The notes under the pieces were generated by a model. That model did no database searches. It saw nothing but the letters and a program-made list of their open reading frames with translations, and was not told where the DNA came from. The translations under genes were made by a program, and so were the position numbers. DNA of 64,000 nucleotides, from NCBI GenBank assembly GCA_964304625.1, contig OZ199839.1:2761223-2825222 (forward strand), given 5' to 3'. This document shows positions 12,521 to 25,892 of the stretch, in pieces. The stretch is from Kudoa neothunni (Eukaryota; Animalia; Cnidaria). Each line of letters opens with the position of its first letter. The first letter of the stretch is position 1.

Positions 12521-13322
12521 TTAAGTAAGATATCGATTTGAAGTTAAATTTCTCAAGGATTTTGGATTTTGCACGACCCAATTTTTTTAATCGCGATAGT
12601 TTATTTTAACTTTCACCACTTATGATCTATACTTTCTCTGATTTCTTAACTACGTATTACAACGTCTTTAGAGTTAATTATGGATTTTTTAGTACGAAAT
12701 ATCGTGGTTGGCGCATGTGCAATATGCAAAAAATCGCTTAACCCATTTATTGGCTTCTTTCTAAACATAGATTCATTTATATAATTAAAATAAGGTTTTT
12801 CTATTTTTCATTTTACCTTTAGAGAAAGTAACCACAATTTTAATCTGCGGTTCGCTTTCTTTTAAAATAGCTGATTTTCAATCCATAACAAGATATAAAT
12901 CACAGACCTTCTGGATGTTGACTTGCAAAGATCCGTCTAAGAGTTCTAAAGGCATGTTTAATTTTAGATGTTGACAATTTGACGATTAATTGTTCCTTTT
13001 GACACTTATTATCAGAGAAATTGACGCATGGTCCGCTATTAAATTAGACCGCTAATAAAGTCTCTCCTTAATTCACGTTTTCGTTTGCTAGAAATGTCGT
13101 AGCTGGAAATTTTTTGTTCTAACTAAAATATTCTACAGAGGGTTGAATGTTCTTTATATTTAAAACATATTTTTTACCAAGACATAATTATTCTATTACT
13201 AAGATCAAATTTCTCAGCAATATCCTTCTTTAGTCTTGGCATGGTTCAATTTACTACGCAATGTCGAATCCAAACTTGGTTTCCGGACCTTAGCTTAGAG
13301 CTGCTAGGTAATACAAAATTAC

Positions 13323-16300
13323 CAGACAATGCCCGTTCGTTCGTGTTCGTGTACCACATTTTTACACGTTTAAAATTTTTTCGTGATTCGTTCGTGTACA
13401 TGCACGAACCTTAGTTTCGTTTCGTGTTTCGTTCGTGTTCGTGTCCTCTTTTAGTTACACTATGTCAGGCTGGAGTGTGGAAAGTGTTGAAGAGGCTTTG
13501 AAAACTAGCAGACTTTTCTCTTGGAAAAAATCTACAACGCATTCTAAAGAATGGGACAATTTCTGTTCCATCTTTACTAAAAACGGGGATGAAACATCCC
13601 AAATTGATTTTATTGTTTGCACAAAGTGCAACAAAGCATTCCCGCATAAGTCGTCTTACGGGAATAGGAAGCTTATTAGTCATAATAAGTTACATGCTAA
13701 AACAAATATAAAAATTAATGAATTATTTGTTTCACCTCCCTCCATTGTTAATTTAAGCCTATCAGATCAGGTAATGTTTGACACTAAAATTGCTAATTTT
13801 GTAGCTGAAACAATCTCCCCGTTTACAATAACAGAAAGTGCTTCGTTTACGGAGATGATAAACTTCGCATTTAACTTAGGCAAAAAGTTCAATGAACCTA
13901 GTGCTAGACTTAAGATTTTATCCAAAAAATGTGTTAAAAAAATAATCATGAATGAGTATGAGTGCATGTATTTAAAAATGGAAAAATTAATTACAACAAT
14001 AAGTCACAATAGTATGTGCCTAACCATTGATATTTGGACTGATAATGCCAAAATCAACTCATTCATTGATATATCAGTGTTGTTTGTTAAAAATTTCACC
14101 CTTCAACATTTCCAATACGACATGATCTATTTTCCTGTAAAACACACTGCCGAAAATATAAATAAAATCTGCACGGAATTTTGTATTAAATTTTCACTTA
14201 GCAAATCTGATCTAAGAATTGTTTGTGACTCCGCAGCAAACAATCTATCTGGTCTAAGAGAGTTCAACACAACCAGATGTGCTGCTCACCGCCTTCACAC
14301 TATTATATCTCAAGGTATTTTATGTATTAAATTTATGTTAAAATTTTGGTGAGTAAATAATTGTAAAAGTGATATACTTAACGATATGCTATCTTGATCT
14401 CTCATAATTCTGTTTGGAAAATCAAGATAAAACTGTTATAATCTAAATTTAAATAGTTTATATTTATGTATTTTAATATATTGATTACACTTTTTTATCA
14501 CTGAGTTTATAAATAAATTTTACTTTCGCTATAATATCTAATTTCGATTTTTTTATTATGTGTAGCTTGGGATCTTAGTACAAACAGCACATCCGATTTA
14601 TCCATACTAAGGGTGAATGTTGACAAACTGTGCGGATCTGTTCATAAAACGGCGGATTTACAGTCAAAATTACCAATGAAAATACAATGGGGCTCAGCTA
14701 CGCGACCATGGAGAGGCCTCAGCGATCGATATAGGACGTTAGTGGCGTGTTTCGATAGTTTGGAGGATGTGCTAAAAAATCATCCAGCTAAAAAATACTT
14801 TGACGGATTGGACAAGAAAGAATGCGTTGTTATAGCTGAATTTTTCAAAATATTTTCCGATTTCTTTGATCAGTTGGAGCAGGTGAAAAGGCCATCGTCA
14901 CATTTTGTAATCCGTTTAAGTTTCGTTTTTTATATTATCGTTAGGTGTTTATTGTATTTCATCGTATCAAAGCAATGATTCAAAAACAACGTGAAACTTT
15001 TATGGGCGATTATTGTATGCATTTGGAAAGTTTATTGGACGAAAAATACACACAATGTATTGATATCAACCATAAAATCGCAGCTTTTCTCCATCCAAAT
15101 TTTAAAAAATTCAAATTTATTGAGTGTAAGTCTTTGCAAAATAAAGAATTAAATTTTGTGGTAAATCACGTTGAGTCGCTTTTGTCTGGCATGGCTGAAC
15201 CAAATTACCCATATAAAAAAAACAAATTTGATGGTAAATCTTTTCTTGTAACAAATATTTAAAAAAATTAGAATTAATCCCAAAGAGCTCGGAACTTCTG
15301 AAAACCCACTCAATATGTTATGAACTGGATAGTGACTCAGAAGATTTTCAATCAGAAATTCAACTGTACATCCGAGAAAAAGTCAACCAAGTTTACGAAA
15401 ATCCGCTCGTTTATTGGGAAAACTCCAAGAATGAAAATCTTAAAACAATTGCAACTAACGTGTACAGCCGACCAGCATCCAGCTCAATGTCAGAACGGGC
15501 GTTTTCATACGCTGGAAAAATTTTATCCAAGTCTAGATATAGACTTGAACCGAACACATTAAGAAAATTAGTAGTTTATACTAATAATATTAAAAATAAG
15601 ACACTTCTGGAGTGAATTTAATTCACTCCTTCTCTTTATTATGTTTTATTTTGCATTATCTCAAAAGAAAACTGAACAGACCTAACTTAGCCACTTCAAA
15701 AATTCACTTCTAACTATTAGACTTATAAAATTAGGGTTTGAAAGTATTTTTATCATTCTAAAAAATGTTTAGGCAGATTTGACTATAGCGGAACTTAATA
15801 TAACGAGGTTCTGTTTCCTAAATTAATTTGATTATCTTTTAAAAAAAACTGATATCAAATTTGTATTTGGTAATAAAATATGAAATTGTGACATGAGGTA
15901 ACATATCTCAAAAATTCCAGTAAATCAAGGTAAAGATCGTAATTGCTTACATTCAATGCCTCATATTTTTCTTCGCTTAAAATTTAATAGTAATTTCATA
16001 TCTAAGATCTTTTTGGTAATGGTAAAGTATGCGCCACCTAAAAACGCCCGCTTGTGCATGTTATTCGAATATCTTTTTTTCAACAAACATTGAATTGTTG
16101 TCTAATTCGTTTTGATAATCACTCATAAGTTGGTTATTCTTCATATTTTTTAGCATATAAACATAAATTATACAATATCAGATTTATTTATACATGTTTT
16201 TATTAGTTTTAATTACGAATAGTTCAAAAACGAGGACAACTACGTACTCTCAAAATGCATTTTCTTAATATTCTTAGTACTGATGAGTTTTTTAAAAATA

Positions 16301-17133
16301 AATAAATATTATATTTTAGATAAACATTTAATTTCAATAGGTAAACAATTAAAGGTTGATTATATGAAGTTATTACTTTATTAGAGGAATTTTTACGTGT
16401 GTGTTTAGTATAACATTCGATAAAATTAAAAATGTCGTTATTAGAAATAAAAAAATTGTTTTCTATACATTCATTAGTTTTAGTTAATTATATGTATAGA
16501 TCAAAATAATAACCTTAGTTAAAATATTGGGTTTACACTTAGTAATATTCTCAATTCGTACATTGGCCCGAATTTGTTGTTACAAATTTTGACATACACA
16601 AAAACTTACAAAATAATTAAAATATAGCTTAATATTTTTTTTCAATATAATACAAATACTGCAATGTAAAACAGTTTTCTATTGTCATTTTAAAAAATTA
16701 TAAACTAAAAAAATCGTACGACATCAAGATCTATTTTTTTAAATTCGAAAAGTACTTTCATTATAGTGAAAAATGAGATCTTTTTGTGAGACACGCAATA
16801 AGTTAATATTTAAAGTTAGTCCATATAAAATCGTTATATAACAATAGTAAAAAATCAAAATAGTAATAATAAATAACTTTCTCATTAATAACTAAGAAAG
16901 AAACGAAAAAAATTCAGTGTTTGTTGAAAAAATATGGAGATTACATGTGTGTTCGACCCTCGTCCGCTACACCACATACTTCATCACCATCCTCGCACAC
17001 GAAACGCACGAATGGTTTCGTTCGTGTTTCGTGTCAAAAGTTTAAAAATCAGAAAAGTTCATTCGTGTTTATAATTATGAAGAAAACTTCGTTCGCTCAT
17101 GACACGAACGAACACACGAACGGGCATTGTCTG
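13323..17133 (+). mobile_element. Full-length hAT DNA transposon (3811 bp), apparently intact
   Basis: Perfect 18-bp TIRs CAGACAATGCCCGTTCGT; perfect 8-bp TSD AAAATTAC (13315-13322 and 17134-17141); clustered TTCGT(G) subterminal repeats at both ends. Confidence 0.97.
13462..15615 (+). CDS. hAT transposase, 4 exons (13462-14314, 14566-14906, 14945-15233, 15272-15615), 608 aa
   Basis: GT-AG introns of 251/38/38 nt join four ORF pieces without stop or frameshift; BED finger (CTKC...H...H), TIDIWTD, VCDSAAN, CAAH, TRPW, C-terminal PASSSMSERAFS. Confidence 0.92.
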
Positions 17134-17888
17134 AAAATTACTTCACAATACTGAGCAATTTCATATTAATTTTTTATTCATAAATATTTTTACACATATT
17201 TTACGAGATAATAATGTAATTATTACTAAGCAGTATCCAAATTTATAATCAAAAAATTAACGAGATATTGGGCTACTACACATTACCGAGACGCGACTGT
17301 AGCCACATATTCTAAAGGTATTAACCATATTTTTAATATTAATTTTACTGAATTAAAAACTTTTTAAACAAATGAAATAAATAAATAAACATATGTATTT
17401 TATTTAGGAAACTTTGTAATAATATTTAAAAATAAACAATATCCCCCAATTACGATGTATTAATTCCAAAAAAAACATGGATTATTAGCAATCATTTAAT
17501 CGAACCTAATTGAAAATAAATTTTTGGTCTTGCAATTTCAAATTAAAAAATTATTAGAGCAAGCACTAATAAAAACTCTGGAACAGAAATCAAAATCAAC
17601 AGTAATGAAATATAAAAAATTATTTTATATGAATAGAAAAAAATGTAATTGATAAGTAATCTTCAAGGTAGGGAAGAAACTGTATAGGATTCGGTGACAC
17701 TGATGTTGAAAGATGAGTGGCACAATAAAGTTGACAGAGGTAAAGATTTGACAGCAATATACAATGGACGGTCGATTGATAGAAGAAATTAGTTCAAGAT
17801 GAATTACAAATTTATGCGACCAAATTTGGTGAAAACTATTTATATATTGTCTAAATATAAGTTTATCGAATGGAATATATGCCATAGT

Positions 17889-20800
17889 TCAACTTAACCT
17901 ACCTACAAATTTATTTACATTCCTATTACGATGATCGACAGGCTTGTTAGAGGTGTCTGGATTGTTCATACTAATAATAGGTTGGGATGTAGACGAAACA
18001 GTATGGGCATTTTTTTGCTGCGGTGACTTGGATGTGCTTTTCCGAGTGAGCGCATTCCCATTTGAGGTTGGTTTGTTAGACACTTTAAATATATTGGAAC
18101 AAAAGGAGAGGAATCTTTGAGCGTAATAAACCGGATTGTGCACAGAAATAGAGTCCTAGACGAGACAATCACAAACTAGCCACCACACAAGAGTAAGCCA
18201 AGTTGATAATTGACAATAGAAAAATTGATTACTCTATCGTGTACCATAGCTTTTAAATTGTGTTCAGTTCGTTTGATCAAACGATAATTTTGTAAAATAT
18301 CAATAATACCAACAAACAATATGAGATCCTCTCCCAAGGAATTTTGGGCAGGAATTCCATTTTTTCTAATTGAAAAATGTAATACTCACGACTCCCAAAA
18401 TAGAAAGCTCATACAAAAATTCATCAATATCGAAGGAATTATCAGTGGATTCATCATTGAAGGGTAGCCCACTAGCATTGTTGCTTTGGGTGGCATTTTC
18501 TTCATCAATGGCATTTGATGTGGGACCAGACTGAGCATCAATTGTAATGTCAGTGCCTACAGATACAATAATTATGAAGTTGATTTGAGACGACAATAGT
18601 CGCATGGAAATATTTCAAGTGAAGTTACTTTTGGTGAGATTGGCCTGTATTTTCCGATACTAAAACAAAAGTCATAAAAAACACATTAAAACCCCATATA
18701 CATGTTCTAATTTGTTCTTCTCATAAATAACTTTATTATGTACACATAACAACAGACTATAGTCCATAATTTTGTAGCTTTGCAGCACACGAGTGTCACG
18801 TTGAAGAGTCTTGAAAAGTCGTTGATAGTTTTCATGAGATAGTTGAAATCCCTACATCGATCAATTCAATTTATACGACACAGTCCACGTGAGATAAGTA
18901 CATCAGGGTGTTTTTCAAGAAAGTCTAAATCTTTTAAAGTGGGCAAAAGTTTGCCACGTTCTTTTTGAGATGCCTTTCTTTTGAAGGTGGATCCTTTAAG
19001 GTCGTATTTTTCGTGAAATTGCAATCTGGATGGCATCAAATTATTCATCACGACCAGTCTGATATTGCGTCCACTATACTATAAACAAATAATCAGTACT
19101 TTTTGTTACATTAACATTGAGTATAAACTAAAGAATATTTATTCAGCGCCTTTTTTTGAAAAAAATTAATCACAATTTCGGATACAATTAATTATTCAAA
19201 AAGTCAATAAACATTTCATTAATGTTATCAATTAGCGAAATATGCAAATAATATTTAAATAACAATCGACGATTTTAATTTTATGATTTATAACAGTTTT
19301 CCCAATCTTTTTGGTTCAAGAATCCCCAACTAGCTAAGCTAAGTTAAATGAATACGGACCTCTAGGTATATTGACCACATATATTTATATTTATGATATT
19401 ATTATTATTCCATAATTATTCCATAATTATTTTATTTAAAGCCAGAAATTTAGGGAGACGAATTTTTTTAAGAGTAAAAATCTTCTCACGAATCCCTTGA
19501 AACTAGTGCGCGGATCTCAGATTGAGAAACACTGACTTATAGTCTAGGGCAGTGGTTCTTAACCTTTCTACTTTGTGGACCCCAACTGGTTTTAATGCAC
19601 CATCCAATCATACATCTAAATATTTTAGCCCTTTCATTCCTAGTGTTTATTTCAATAGACGGATTAAAAACGATTTAAAATTATTGTTAAATTATTTATT
19701 TAAAAATAATAAAATTCAAATTGTATATAATTTTAATCTAACTTTAAAAATTATCGATGTAAACGAAAAATTCGGGAACGGAAGGATTAACTTAAATTAT
19801 TTATCTAATATCCTAAATTTTATTAAAATATTTATTATGTAAATTAGTTATGTAATGGTTTTGTCTTAAAAAATATAATAACATTTTTGAATCACTTAGA
19901 CATGAATTATTTTTGGTATTAAAATAAAAAATTAAGATTCTAACCAAGTACAGACATCGACGCATATTTTAAAATAAAAATTTAATGAAATTGGTTAAAC
20001 TATTATATAAACATGCATAAATGATTGAAAGTAAAATCCATCCAAAAATTCCCAAGTGAAAAACGCTCTTAAAATAATCGAAATATTTTTTCTTTATAAA
20101 ATCTCTATTTTTTTAATTATTGCGTTTATGAATATGAAAAGTTGGTAAACGAGAAATTACACAATGGAATGCGATATTAATAAAAAACCCCTATTTATTA
20201 TGTAAATAATAGACATTAAAAGAGTATTTAATGAGATATTTGTAGTTCCTTTTAATTAACTTTCGAAGGATCGTGCTCAAAAGATTTACGTATCTTCATC
20301 TTCTCATGGTGGTCGGCCGGTCGGCGACCCCAGTAGTTTTCTACTATAATGATTGAGTTTGGTTCTAACTTTTGGTATATAGATTAATTAATCATTTTCC
20401 CCTTACAATACATATTTGAAATAATCAGGCAGCAAAAGAATTCGTTAAAAATATCATAACGATTTCGGGAGATAATACCAATTAAACTTATCCAAACAAA
20501 ATTTCAAATGATGCCTTTAGTAGAATTAACTATTTTGGTTTAGTTTTGAATTAAACAGAACATAATTGAAGCTTTTACGCCACATTAACACCAATATTAG
20601 GCTGCTAGGCCATTACACTAACAAATGTTATCTCCCTGGAGTTCGGTAATATATTATTCACCTATAAATTAAAGTATGTTTACAACACATCTCCTTTATT
20701 CAAGAAATTGAAGAACAAGATTGAGTTTAAATAAATAAATTTATTTATTTCAATAGTTACGAGGAAATAACATAGCTTAATTGCATTAAATATTAAAAAA

Positions 20801-23800
20801 ATTAAACATTTAACATAAATGATAATTCTTTAGTTTTATGGAATAGGGGGCATCGTTGAACATCGGTGATATCATGACACAGGAATCAGGAGTAATGTGA
20901 CTAAGTTTTAATCGATTAATTATTAAACTAAACGATTAAATTTAAGTAAAATGCGTCCACCTTTTAATTTACCACAAGTTAAATTAAAATTCATAGAAAA
21001 AATTACTGTTATGAAATATTTCAAAAGCACATAAGGCAATCTGTTTGGGTTTCAACGCGCAGTAACTAGGACGGCAATAATAGAGGGGTCAATCTCTTTA
21101 ATCCTACTCCATTTTACGAATCTCATAAGAGATAACAAGAATGGTTACAAATTACAATATTCCTCAGTTCAGTCGTGATAATATATAGTGAAGTGATCAT
21201 TTTTCATATTATGTAATAAATTAAATACACTTGATACAACCATACAAAATGGTTTTAAAAAACATACGTCAGAATTGCGTAACATTAAACAAAATTTTTA
21301 AGCCGTAGAATCCTATAATTTATATGAAATTTTGTATTTCTAAACAATACACATCAACCTAAGATTACACGAACTCAAAAATTAAACTTTAAAGATTAAG
21401 TAGGTAAAAACAGACATTTACCGAAAATGGAGTCACAAATGACCCCGCACGATCCTGGAGGGTTAATAAATTCACAGAATTGTGACAAGTATTTGAAAGA
21501 GCAGTACATATATGAGCGATTATGCGACTATTTTTATGGTGACCCGCACGGAAATCTAGTTTTGCGATAATGGACTGTTGTAAAAGTAGTAATCATTCTA
21601 ATTGCATAATTTGCAACATCAAGAAATATTCTTTGGAAATTTTTAGTCTCTATCAAATAACCAACTCAATGGATTTTTTACAAAATTTAATTATAACATA
21701 AGGATATTTTGTAGCAAATATAAAATATTTATAAGAAACAATAGCGCAAGGGTATATTTGAAATTTTTAATAATTACGATAATGTTAAAAGATATCTAAT
21801 TACAATGAATGTATGGCGATAAAATTGGATTCAGATTTCATTGAAATCACTTACGGACTCCTTCCTTGGAGGTACGTGAACTCCGAGCTAAGAACCGATG
21901 ATCTAGGGCAGTTGAATTAATTAACTGAATGAGAATACGTACCCAAACCGACTTTCGTTACATCCCTTGTAAAAACCCGATGCATAGTCGAGGATGAAGT
22001 TTAACTGCCATTTAAATTACAATATCGTTAGTACAAACATGAGTACTGGCAGTCACTAATGGAAGAACGATATTAAACTATATTATCGCGTATTCAAAGT
22101 CCTCATTTTGATCTCAAAAATTTCAAAAAGGGAAAAACCGTTACAATTTGTATATTAGGCTATAACGAACAATTTAACAAACATCTATGTTACACACTGA
22201 AGTTTAATAGCAATTAGAAGAAAAAGAATAATTCTGTGACATTACGGTTACGTTGAGTGATACAATAAAACTTACTTTGTAGGAATAGAGACCGAAAAAT
22301 TTCGGCAACAACGTCTTAGGATTTTGATGTAGATTCATGTAGTATCCAGGTAGAAGTTGTTGAAGAAATTTAGCTTCTCGTTTATCCACAGTTTTTATTA
22401 TAAAAGTATCGTCTTCGCTGACAAAAAACATGGAACCACTGGCACCAGGATTGGACAATTGACGTAGAGGTCGTGTACTAAGTGATGTCTAGGTGGGAAT
22501 CACTGAGGTTAGTTATCCGCCCGAACCAGTTCAACTTACCATAAAATCTTCAGGGCCAATTGAAAATATATCCCTGAAATAGCGGAACGCCACTGGAGAG
22601 TAGTCGGACATGGTAAAATCGGCAAATCGATGTGACGGTGTAAATGTTGTCCCACAACTAATACAAGCATAAATTAATCAATGATTCAACACAATTTATA
22701 ATCGATCAACCGAACAACAATTATACACACCTCGGAAAATACACTTCTTCCACTTGGAAAAAGTCTTGTAACAAAACGTCACGATCAGGTTTAGCTGAAA
22801 ATTTCCCCACCTACAAACACAACAATATTCCACCGATTATGAGACACACAACCCATATCACTCACTGAATATGCTATTCCAAGCTGAATGGCGGCCACAA
22901 TAGCTTGAGCTGACGTCTAAAATTGATGAATAATTATATGTTAATATCTACTAAATTATTAGTTGATTGATTGATTAATTAATTGATTGATTAATAGTTA
23001 ACCAATCTATATACACATGATATTATTTGAAAATTTTACGATTGAATGATCGATTAAATATTATTAATATTATTTCAATTATCTAATTGTGATTGGATAT
23101 TAACTTGTTTTTTTTTCACCGTTTCAAATATCTTCATAATTGCGAACACAGTCCACTATTCCTCATTATACACTGGGCGCGAGTGTATATATGTATAACA
23201 ATGGGCTCAACTGATTACAACAGGGTACACAGAATCCTCAAACAACTGTCAACTAATATGTAATCCCCTTCGAAATAACGCCGAATGACCAACGACCGTT
23301 GTACGAAAAGATTAAAATCTAGAATGTTTCTAATTTTTAACGCCACCTAAAGAACTATATGAATTTGGTTGGGCACAATCGAATAACAATTTTTAACAGA
23401 TACTCCCACTTGTATTATACCCACCAATCAACTCTGGTGGAAACCCCAAACTCAACGACATCCACTCAATTAACACTAATCGCACTGACATCTATTGCCT
23501 TTTCGTGCAATACCAATGCAATGTAATTCCTGGCCAACTATCAACACAAAAACTCGTTCGACTTCTCTCCTACGAAACAACCTTAATGTATTAATATAAA
23601 TGGCCTACCGATTTTTCCCTTCAAACACTTAATTATGATTATTGTGCGATTTCAATAATCAACTAATGAGGTAACGACAAAATGCAATTAACTACTAATC
23701 AATCACTAGGATACTGAGCGGAAACGTCAATATCGTCATGGAAACCGTAACTAATTGCATCATTAATTGAATTACCTTTTTGTAAGAACCTTTGATTTGG

Positions 23801-24898
23801 TTGGTGAAATGAGCATTAGATTTGTTGTGTAATGTTAAAAATGTGCTCCCTTTACGTTTGAAGGTGAGCGACTGGAATTTTCTTTTGAAAAAAGACAAAC
23901 TTCCGGCCTAAAAATGACGTCAATTGACGTTGTTGTTATGGCCAATAGCGCACGCTGGATCAATTACCGATTGTTTCGACACTGAGCGTGAAATATCCAA
24001 ACGTTTAACAGCTTTACATCGATTTCCTTTGTTGGAAGAACCAACACCAATCTCTTCATCCCCATCACCAATTGTATCAACATCTTGAATGTTGATTTCA
24101 TCTCTCAATCCACCAAAAGATTCGTCACCGTCACACACAGTGGTAATGGTTGCTTCGAATAGGTCGACCGGTTCAGATTTATAAGATCGTCTGTTAGACG
24201 AGCATACAATAGGCCCGCTAGTTGATGAAGTTACGGCCGTGCCACCGTTGACATCAGCCGTATTATCAAGAACAGCTTCCGATTGCAACTGCACCAATGA
24301 CGAATCATTATCATTTTTGTGTCCATTTCTTTCGCGTAAACCTAGGTTGTATTCTTCGATCTGTTTGTGGAGATTAATAATTGCTTGGTTGCTGTCGTCC
24401 ACCTCCTCGATGGCAAAATGAATCGTGTCAGAAACTGGCAGATGACCAGCAGGCGGGGATTCCTCTTTTAAGGTTGATACAGGAACAACATCTTTATCAC
24501 GATTATTATCATCCTCGCCACACTGTTCATTAATCGTTGCCAAATGGGGATGTTGTGTTGTTGTACTTAAACCAGCAACTGTATTTTCAGATGGGGAATG
24601 AGAGATTGGTGACGATATGTCACAATTGGTGAAGGAGGATGGTGATTGGCTGTTGTCGGATCGAGATAAGATTCCACTAGACATTTTGTCACTTTGTTGT
24701 TCATCCCCATGGGAAGAAGATGGAGAAGACGATGAAGATGACGAAGACGAAGCAGACGCAGACGAAGTAGAATATGACGATGTTACCTCAGACACATCTA
24801 TACAAATATGTGAATCATTCAATCGGCCAATAGTCTCATAAATTCATGGATGTTATCCAATCAAATTGAAGCCTACCTGAATGCGATTGTGACTCCAT
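17889..24898 (-). CDS. PIP5K1: Type I phosphatidylinositol-4-phosphate 5-kinase, 13 exons (24898-24877, 24797-23968, 23907-23776, 22916-22866, 22810-22731, 22657-22540, 22488-22276, 19078-18902, 18851-18702, 18659-18629, 18556-18415, 18365-18233, 18155-17889), about 781 aa
   Basis: Phase-consistent GT-AG junctions; [48 protein letters not shown]; activation loop KRTEHNLK has the Glu typical of type I enzymes. First exon and C-terminal end less certain. Confidence 0.93.
19550..21900. mobile_element. hAT (Charlie-like) non-autonomous element in PIP5K intron 7
   Basis: GTCTAGGG|CAGTGGTTCTTAAC ... GCTAAGAACCGATG|ATCTAGGG (7/8 TSD of NTCTAGNN type). Confidence 0.8.
20260..21462. mobile_element. 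piggyBac-like non-autonomous element nested in the hAT element
   Basis: Right end GCACGATCCTGGAGGG|TTAA; degenerate left end TTAA|CTTTCGAAGGATCGTGC sharing AGGATCGTGC in inverted orientation. Confidence 0.6.
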
Positions 24899-25892
24899 TT
24901 GAATCTAGTTTTTATATTATAACAAAAAAATCCAACAACATCAAGCTTCCAAAAAAATAAACTACCGGCTGAGAATGTTGAAAATCAACCTTAACCTAAT
25001 GGGATCAATTCGGAATTAGGAGTTATCTTACTAACACAACCGCAACTATGGATAAATTGTCCTTATTGTATCGTACGAACGTATCTGGTCGTAATCCTAT
25101 TGACTAATGCATTTACATATGTAAATAAGCATTTCATTGGTTTGTAATAAGGTTGAACATTAAAATGCCGACAGAAATATTTATTTAAAAAATTGGTTTG
25201 ACACGCATTTTCGTATGTTTTGATGTTATCTAATAATTGATACACTCCAAAACATACATGGATATGTGTTGGTATTATCTGATCTTAGTATTGCAGTTGA
25301 TAAATTGAATTTGATATTATTTGTTGAACTAATGGTTAAGTAGAAATTGGGGTGTTCTTCGTTCAATTGGATAACAAACAATTGTGGATTCATTTCCTTG
25401 ATTTATTTAATGTATTTTTAAATTCGTTGAGTTTATATGCTCCTTATTTTAAATTGTACGCGCATATAAAGGATTTTTGGCTGAATATTGCCATATGAAA
25501 TGAAATGACGACGCACAGGAAGTAGACACGCCTTGTTAAGCAGACTGCGCGCGCGTTGTTTATATCATTAACCTCTTGGAAGATAATACGTCTTTATGTA
25601 TTCTGTCTTACTTGTATGATGCATTTTTTCTTGATTATGTGCATAACTCAATAAAATCTGAAATATTTTATTGAGTTAAATACCTGTGAAATTGTCAATT
25701 TATTACAGATTTGATTTGATTTGCATCTAAGTTAGGAAATATCCACAATTAAATTTGAATAATGCGATTTTCAATTTAGCACAAGATGAATTGAGTTTTC
25801 AGATTCGAATGTTAATAAATATTTGAATGGTTGGAAAATTTTTAGGAGATGACATAAACAAAACTTGCCGATTTTAGTTGATAAATAAAGTA

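Larger units (their letters stand above)
9482..12760 (-). mobile_element. Degenerate pogo/Tigger element interrupted by a piggyBac insertion
   Basis: TA|CAGTGG start; minus-strand KAGGGWFQVF...FTGESRS remnant near 10040-10130; N-terminal peptide (LGRAKSKILEKFNFKSISY|LNSILLKRKSIL) reads continuously across the piggyBac TTAA and resembles the N-termini of Tigger copies 1 and 2. Confidence 0.6.
12800..17299 (-). mobile_element. Degenerate pogo-like element hosting the hAT insertion
   Basis: HTH-like remnant MPRLKKDIAEKFDLSNRIIMSW* (about 13170-13242 -) left of the hAT, and a pogo-type terminus ...GCGACTG|TA at 17299 right of it. Confidence 0.4.

Noticed and set aside
24617-24841. Acidic plus-strand ORF (also 48828-49046, 27728-27931, 30609-30887)
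   Set aside because: Antisense shadows of real coding sequence or transposase remnants.
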